64,000 bases of DNA from Chrysomallon squamiferum. Taxonomy: Eukaryota > Animalia > Mollusca. Positions 55,361-64,000 of the stretch are shown piece by piece. Numbering within the stretch: the stretch's first letter is position 1; each line of letters opens with the position of its first letter. The stretch is from the NCBI GenBank assembly GCA_012295275.1, contig CM022673.1:4092001-4156000 (forward strand), written 5' to 3'. The notes under the pieces are model-generated. The model had not been told where the DNA came from. It did not search any database and saw only the letters and a list, made by a program, of their open reading frames with translations. A program made the translations under genes and the position numbers.

Positions 55361-55535
55361 GTTTGTTCATATTTACTCGTTTTAAAATTCCAATGCATTT
55401 AGTTTTCTTATTTTATTTTGTCCTTTGTTCATATTTACACGTTTTAAAATTTAAATGCATTACGTTTTCTTTTTTTTTTTTGTCGTTTGTTCATATTTAC
55501 ACTTCTTAAGATTTAAATGCATTTTGTTTTCTTGA
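55361..55535. repeat. Three tandem ~63-bp copies
   Basis: TTTGTTCATATTTAC..TT.TAA.ATT..AATGCATT..GTTTTCT recurs at ~55361, ~55423 and ~55485. Confidence 0.8.
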
Positions 55536-55574
55536 CTTTACTTTTTTCGTGTCTGTTCTATTTTAATATAAATA

Positions 55575-56290
55575 CAGTAGTACCTTGACTAACAAATTTT
55601 TAATTATTTCTGTCAGCGCGCTCGTAACTCAGTTTACTCGTATATCAAATCATTTTCCCAAATGAAATTAATTGAAATAACATTAATCCGTTCCAGCCCC
55701 CCAAAAACCATCCCAATTTTTTATAACGTGCTTTTAAATAAAATCAATGTATGCATAAATGACAAATATTGTATAAAAACAAAATAAAAGAGAATGTAAA
55801 GAAATAAATTGGTTTTGTAAAGTGTACAGGTTTAGGGTTTCTCCATCTTTTCATGGACAGAGGTCCGCAGCTTAAAAATTAATTTAACGCCTTTGGCTGG
55901 AGTTATAGCCTTTATCTACTCCTTCTGCTTCAGTATGGTACATATCATAAATATACTATGCTTGTACTGCCTAGCAATGGTGACTACACGCATACCTCGC
56001 TCATGTTTTTCTATGATTTCATGCTTTAATTCAATGGACATCATCCGCTTCTTCTTCTCAGCACTGTCCCATTGCACTCACTTTCTTAGTATCCATGGAA
56101 ATTTTGCTCGATACTGCACAAAACTTGAGCACAACACACCAGAGATGCTTCCACGGCGAGGTAACCACATGAAGCAAACGAGTGAATCACGAGATGCTGG
56201 GCGGACATTGTTGTTCGTTGCGCCAACTAGCGGCGGCGTATCTGAAGCTCGCTCGTAAATCGGATTATGACTCGCAACTCAAAGCATGTA
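55575..56290 (-). mobile_element. Internally deleted pogo/Tigger (Tc1-mariner superfamily) transposon
   Basis: TA|CAGTAGTACCT terminus at 55575. Minus strand 56096-55838 encodes MDTKKVSA/DSAEKKKRMMSIELKHEIIEKHERGMRVVTIARQY...ICTILKQKE*IKAITPAKGVKLIFKLRTSVHEKMEK, a CENP-B-type HTH with one frameshift and one stop. Confidence 0.88.
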
Positions 56291-57842
56291 TTTTGTAACT
56301 CATAAATACATACATGCATATATATATATACACACACATACATATACACACAAAATATACATACATATTTATACGAACATACATACAAATACACACACAC
56401 ACAAACATAAATACGTATATACTTACGTACGCTACCGAAAATTATCAACATGCAGTCTAATCGGACATAAATAAAACAACATAACGTCCATTCCTAAATA
56501 CTTGCAAACATACATACATATACATGCATACATACATAGGTACGTGGGTGCGTATATACGTCGTAGAAAACTCCTACTTACCTACATGTACATACTTACA
56601 TGCATACACATGTACGTAGGTATGTGCTTGCGTCATTCCTATCTATATACATACATATATAAAACCAATAAAATATTAATGGATATAGAAAACGTCCATA
56701 AACCCTGAGTAAAGTGCCATTTCTCTTTCTTTTCTACGACACTGATAAAATATACAGCCGTGGCATTTCTTGTAAACTTTTATCTTTAGAAAATATTTAT
56801 GACACAGGTCTTCTCTTATCACAGGCGAAATGCCAAAAATTCTTTTTCAAAAATTTAACACGCACACTAAAATTAATACTGTACGATTTTGCTGTGGTTG
56901 TTATGGTTATGAAAGAAACACACGTAACTTTATTTTCCTATCATCTTATGTAGATATATATATTATTATGTTCTTTCAAAGGCAATGTTATTAAATAAAA
57001 AAATTAATTAAAAATTATATAGCATGACATTTCCAAGGTACCAAGTTCAATTTACCTTACCGCCTACGATTAACGTAATGCTGGAAAGGTGCATTACAGA
57101 ATGTACACAGAACTTCATCAAATAATTATTGTTTCATATATTTATATACAATACGCGTACGCATTAACTGTTCAAGTAAAATAGCAATAATTACAGCTTT
57201 TGGAAATTATATTACAGGACTACGAAATGTTAGTGAGTCGTATTGGTAAAACCGATGAACAGTAACGATCGTGACGGAAGAAAAATAGCAGTAGTAGTGA
57301 TCTCAGTATCTATAGAGATAGCTGCAGTAGTAGTAATCTTAGTAGTTAAAGTAGTAGTAACCGTAGGGTAGTTGAAGTAATAGCAGCTGTAGCAATATTC
57401 CGAATGTTTTGCTACCATCATTTAGCAGTTGTTAAAAGAAAAAATCCCAAAGATACGCTTTCTGCTCTCGGAATCAATTTATCAGTACAAGGATGACAGT
57501 TTTGACGTCAGAAATAAATTGAAAATTTTCATCCCCAACAGCAAATATCCCGTAAGGGATGTGACCTTTTTAGTACATATATTCAGAAATGTCATAATTT
57601 CATGATTCACTGGTGATAATAGAAAACTAAAGCGAACTCTAATTAATATTTAACATGGAGATGCTAAGGTTGTCTACGCTTCTTCCAGTTGTTGTCATAG
57701 AATACGTAGGTTTAGTTTTTGTTGACACGTGCTGACAAATTTTTATTTTAATCAACGTACTGAAAAGTGCATCTTTTTGTTGAAGAAGTGGCGTTTGCTT
57801 TTCACGCTCTATAGAATATGAAATTTTGTCAGAGACAGAGAC

Positions 57843-57946
<104 letters not shown>

Positions 57947-58557
57947 ACGCACACAAAGAGAATGAGAAGAGACAGAGAAAGAGAGTTAAATAAATGCTAA
58001 AAGCCTGTAACTAGAATATCTAACTCTGTATCTATCTCTCTCTGTGTCTATCTGTCTGTGTCTATCTGTCTCTCTGTCTGTCTGTCTCTCTATATTCATC
58101 TCTCTGTCTATCAGACTATCTATCCTTCCATCTATTCATCCGTCCATAAAGGTAGCAGTGTGTGCTTTCTCTGATAAACTAAAGATCAAACTAATGAATC
58201 CAGTTTCTCACTGACATAGAATTTCTTAGTAGCTAAAGTAACCAAAACAAAAACAAAATAAAAAAAGAAGAACAACAAAATGATAAAAAAGAAGAAAAAG
58301 AAAATGATAAAAAAAAAAAATTAAAAAAGGAAAGTCGAAAAAGAACAAATAATAGTGAAATTTTGAATTATTTCCTGTTGTCTTGTTTAAAATTAATTTA
58401 GTCAAAGAGAAGTCAGACATTTTAATTCTGTGAAGAAGAAAACAAAAGAGTTGAAAAACAAATTGTATGCATACATAGATAGATGGAAACAAAGAGATAG
58501 ATGTAATCAGCACTCAGTACAAACAAATACACACACACACATACAGAGAGAGAACGC

Positions 58558-58605
<48 letters not shown>

Positions 58606-60025
58606 AACACACACGCACACAATTAATTTGTAATCTATAAAATTAAAATGTTATTAGTCAGCACAGCTGTCATTTCATTTCACTGAAAATGTGCTTAGTC
58701 CTCTTGTAAACAAAAATTAACACTTGGATCAGATAGATTAGAAAAACAATAATCGTTTATCATTTGGGATGGACAGTAATGAAATGGGGCAGCTCGAATG
58801 AATGGCGGGCTTATTTCTGGTTTGCGCACATTGTTAATTAAAGTGATACAGGTGGGTGCCAGAAAATCGCCAGATAGTCGACAGTTGTACGCTCAGCGAA
58901 ACAAATTGCTGGTCCGTGTAATGGTTGAAGCCAAGAGTTCATCCCGTTATCAATCTGACTTTTTCAATTAAAGGCGAACAGTGTCTCCAAAATAAATTTG
59001 TCTTCTCGCAGCGAAATCACCCGGATGTTATAAAACGGCCATAACGGTATTAATTGACTTCTTTGAGAAGAGTTTTCTTTTCAGGGTCTCAGTTCACACT
59101 TTTGTTAATTTCACTCTATTTTTTTGTGTGTGTGTGTGTGTTATTGTTGTTGTTGTTGTTGCTTTTGTGTTTTTTTTTTCTTTCTTTTTTTCCCCTCCTT
59201 TTTCCCCGATAAATTTATGAAATGAAAATCGTGTTATAATATAAGTCGCATACATACGATTTCATGAAATACTATTGATTTAGTACGCAAGATCAAGAAC
59301 ACACAGAGAAGTTTTCAGTCAAATGCGCTCTCGCAGTGTCTAATATAATCGACCGAAAATTTCCGAGTGGTAAAAATCAAAACAGTAATAAAGAAAAAGA
59401 AAAAAAAAAAAGAAAAGGGAAAAAGAAAGAAGAAAAAATCTCACCATTTAGATTACATTTAATCAGACGTTTAACATAAGAAAAAACTTTAAAAGTTAAT
59501 TCAACACCTTGGGCAACCAATTCGCATATCATTACGGAAAACACACATTTACAATTCTGCAAGCGTTTGCACTAATTTATTTAGAATTCCGATGGATAAC
59601 TAACTTCAAAAGGACTTTCACGACTTAATATTACATCACAGGGGAATGGTCTATCAGAACTGAAACTTGTTAATACGTTTCAAACGACTACTGTGACAAA
59701 CGGAAAAAACAGAAATGAAGGTGCCTTCACGATCTGATTTTGTGGAAACTAATTATGCTCGGTAACCGGAGAAGAAGTTGTTCCTATAGACATTGAGTAA
59801 CCTAATAATTGATTTTTCTCTGTGTCCTAACATGCATGGACAAACAAAATACACGAAGAGTCAATGGCAAGGAATAAGATATGTTTATTTAGTTCGATTA
59901 ACATTTGTTAATGAACTAGGAGAAGATGAAAGATTTCTTTTTTAAAAAAAAAAAAATAATAAAAAAAAAGTTCCAAAAACGATATTTAAACGAAGACTCA
60001 AAAAGATCCATTTATGAAGAGGGAT

Positions 60026-60113
<88 letters not shown>

Positions 60114-60604
60114 AAAGAGAAAAAAAAAAACATTTACAATAACAAAAATAAAAATAGATTGAAAGTAATGACTATGATTTTTATTTTTCTACAAAAACGG
60201 AAAAAAAAATAAGAGAATGACAGAGAGCACAAAATAATAATAACTGTGATTAAAATTGAAATCAATAAGATCAAAATCTAGTGAAAAGATAAAATAATGA
60301 AAAATAAATTATTACTGGCGCTTCCTTGGCTGGCAGTCGTCTCAGAACTGTACAATTATTTGAAAACGTAGCTACGTTATAATGTTCATTATTATACTGT
60401 TCATTCCGTTATGCTAAACGGATATCTCGTCTGTGATCAAAACTATTAAAGTTCACTATCATTTGAATAACTGATTCTATATAATTTTATTATTTAACGA
60501 AGACATCGTAAGACTAATGTAGATTGCTATTTGAAACATTTTGCGGTTTATTAATATTTATTTTGAATTATAAATTATATGTGACAATCGCCTGCCTTTC
60601 CCCC

Positions 60605-60728
<124 letters not shown>

Positions 60729-62430
60729 GTCTTTCTCTTCTAAATAATTTGTTAGAAATCAACTGCTTAAAAATAATCACTGATAACCTATTTTTTCGGT
60801 CACAGTTTAATTAATGAATTCTATCATCACATCTAACAACTTTTTGCCAGTCTACATTTTTTTTTTTTTTTTTTTTTTTCATTTTCAGTTTTAATACATA
60901 TTCACATTTACACCTCTACATACTGTCATTTTTTCTATTTTATCCCAGCCACATAATTATATCATAACCGTGTCTGCATCATTCAGTAATACCGTTATCC
61001 CGATCTCGAATGTACTTTTAATCAATTTATACGCTATAAGCAATGCACACCTCGGTGTTAATTACCCAACGTTGTCAGTGCGTGGTTTTACTGCTAAATA
61101 ATAATGAAAATATAGATGTCGGTGATTGCTTATGTGGTCTTACCGTGCTTTTAAATTATTATTATTTAAAACTTTTATTGCCAGCTAAGGTTTTGGACTG
61201 ATACATATTTTCTGCTGAGTGACAAAACGGCGGTGTTTAAACGTACGTTATCACGTAATATATGTCAGAAAAAAGTGTTATATTACCATCAAGGGGCTGA
61301 ATGTTCTAGCTATAAGCTAGCTTTGGTGTTAAAACAGTCTCGATTTCCTCTTTTTTTTTTTTTTTTTTTTCTTCTTTTACTTTACTGCACTAGGGTTTCA
61401 CTAAATAATTATTGTTATTTATATCCAGAATCGATCGATTAATGCAACAATAAAGATGGTACGCGTGAAAATATTGTCGATAAAACCGTTTCTGTAACAC
61501 AGAACCATTATGGACGAACCGATTAAAGGCGAAAGAGACAAAAAGGATTAAAAAGATCAGTTACGAAATAACCAGTGGACAGATAAGGTCAATTTAATGA
61601 GTTAGTGAAGAACCAGTTAAAAAATAGAAAGATGTAAAGTGTTAAAGAAGTTAGGCATTGAAGACCAATTAAAAGAGCAAAAGATGTAAAGGACTGAAGA
61701 AATAAGTTACTGAAGAAACAATGAAAGGAAAGGAAGATAAAGGGTTAGCGAAAAGATCGACAGATAATTTTACAATTTTGTTTAGCGTGGTTGAAAATTT
61801 CTGAAAAGAAAAATTGTTTACTAATTTGTAACAGTTCTGTATTATATCAAATTCTCGAAAAAAAATACATAAACCAATAATGTTAAAAGTTATTTTAAGC
61901 GTTAACTTTTATTCAATAAATATTTAATAATAATTTGTGCATTTTAAAACTATAGGAAACAAACAAACAAACAAGACAACATACTGAGAGAATGTAAAAA
62001 AAAAAGAGTGATATAAAACTTAGATACGAGAAATTTAGTGAACTTACATAAAAAACCAAAAAACAACCAAATAAAGTTTCACATATTTTAAAATGAAAAT
62101 GACAGGAAAACTTGTTTTTATTTCATTAAATTTTAAAACGACGGTTACAGTACTTATATACGCAGGTTAGTTTTGAAATGTCAGGGTAAATAATTAATTT
62201 CGTTTGTCATTATAAAGCAGATTCAGCTGTTCACGTGATTTTGTCTTTTTATGACAATCAGCAGGATAATAATGACAGTGACAGTGCTAATATCAAACCT
62301 CCAATGTGTGTGTGTGTTTTTTTTAATTATCATTTTAAATATATTATATCTTTGTTGTTGTTTCTTCAACATTACTTTTTCTCCTTTGGTTTTTCCATTT
62401 TCATTTACTATCATCATCATCATCACCATC

Positions 62431-62461
<31 letters not shown>

Positions 62462-62813
62462 CCATCTTCATCATCTTCATCATCTTCATCATCATCAGGA
62501 TTAGCATTATTATTATTATTTTATAAAAGAAACAATTTCCTAAAATTTTTAACTTAAAAGAAAAAATAGTAAAAAATAAATAAATAAAAAAATTATTTAA
62601 AAAAAAATAAAAAAAAAAAATAAAGAAAAAAAATAAAGACAAAACAAGAAACAGGAAGTTTTGTTTTTAGATTTACGTCTAAAAATAAAAAATATTTTTG
62701 GCCATCGGTAAAATGGCAGTTTCTAATTAATTAAAATTTGGAACCGGATATTGAGAAAGAGGACTGGGAGGAAGCAGAAAATTGCTGAAAATAGAAAATC
62801 TTTTGTGATATAA

Positions 62814-62922
<109 letters not shown>

Positions 62923-64000
62923 TGTTAGTATAGATTAAATTACAGGAAAATAATTTAATGTACATGTATGTGTATAGTTCGTTTCTGGATAGAAAACTAG
63001 ATTTGTAAATTTGAAAACTCGTTCTGTGTCGCAGATTCGTATTAATACAGATGAGATGAAGAAGAAGGTGAAAGAAGATGAAGAAAGTCAAGGGATAAAA
63101 TAAATAAGAAAGAAAAGAAAGAATTAAAGAAGATTTTTAATTTGATGTTTGGTTAAAACTGAATTCTGAAACTCTGTTTCTTATCTCGTATGTCATAAAA
63201 ATCATTACGACTATTCATACTTTTCAAGTGAATATTTTTTGTCACTTATTAGTCAGAAGAGTTAATTTCCCTTGTAAACCTCTTCAACCAGTCATTCTTC
63301 AGCCGTATGAAAAACCTCCATTTAACTAGACAGTTTTCGAAAAAAAACGAAGAAAATCCTCTTTTCTCTTTCATTTTTTTCCTCTCTATTTGTCTTCTTC
63401 TTTTTTCCTCCTTAAGATCTGAAGCATCGAGACGCAGCAATCCAGAAGAGCTATTAAGCTAGCAAACACGTTTCGCAAACAGTGATCTGTGACACACGTC
63501 CGACTGCAGAAGCTTGCCAAGCGGGATTCCCTTCTGATACATTTTTGCCTATACATTTTAATTGGCTGTGCTACACGTCTGTTTTGAAACACCGAACAAT
63601 ACGCTGATTTCCTGGTCACAGCCTCTTACGCCTGTAAATGACAGCTTGGCTTTTATTACGTTTGTACATTTCTCGTATTCGCTGAACGAGAAAGAATTTC
63701 CACTCGATAAAGAGAGTTCAGCTGTTCGTTCGATACTTTTCGTTATGTTTCGGTACATTCCGTCATTTTTAATTTCATAATTTAATTTTTGTTTTTTGTT
63801 TATAATTTCTTTTTGTTGTTGTTGTTGTTTTATTCAAAAAAAAAAAAAAAAAAAAAAAATGTGAAACCGATTTATTGACACATTGTATTTTTATTTTAAA
63901 AAATATTCGTGATAGCAACTCGCACAAATTACACTAAAACATTTTATGTGAAAGGTAAATATATAACCGTTATTGTTTGTTTTTCTGTTTGTCTCTCTCT

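Overview
AT-rich, microsatellite-laden animal genomic DNA. It is probably a gastropod mollusc, judged from a tRNA-derived SINE that resembles snail SINEs I recall (not database-verified). The left 34 kb is genic: a 10-exon syntaxin-7/12-like gene (-), two complete 6-exon paralogs of the C6orf89/BRAP family (-), a third orphan N-terminal/TM module of that family with an extra intron and no exons 2-6 of its own, and a divergently oriented intronless 711-aa CXXC zinc-finger gene (+). A 3.2-kb Sola2-like transposon with ~960-bp TIRs sits in intron 1 of one paralog. From 38 to 64 kb I find no host exons. That part holds decayed virus/Polinton-like ORFs, I-group and Tx1 LINE remnants, a Tigger element and CpG-retaining enhancer-like DNA. 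The most interesting candidate system is the C6orf89-like cluster: a possible variable-first-exon architecture, a 39-nt splice-donor cassette shared between non-orthologous introns, and paralogs with opposite CpG signatures. All exon models, translations and counts were done by hand.
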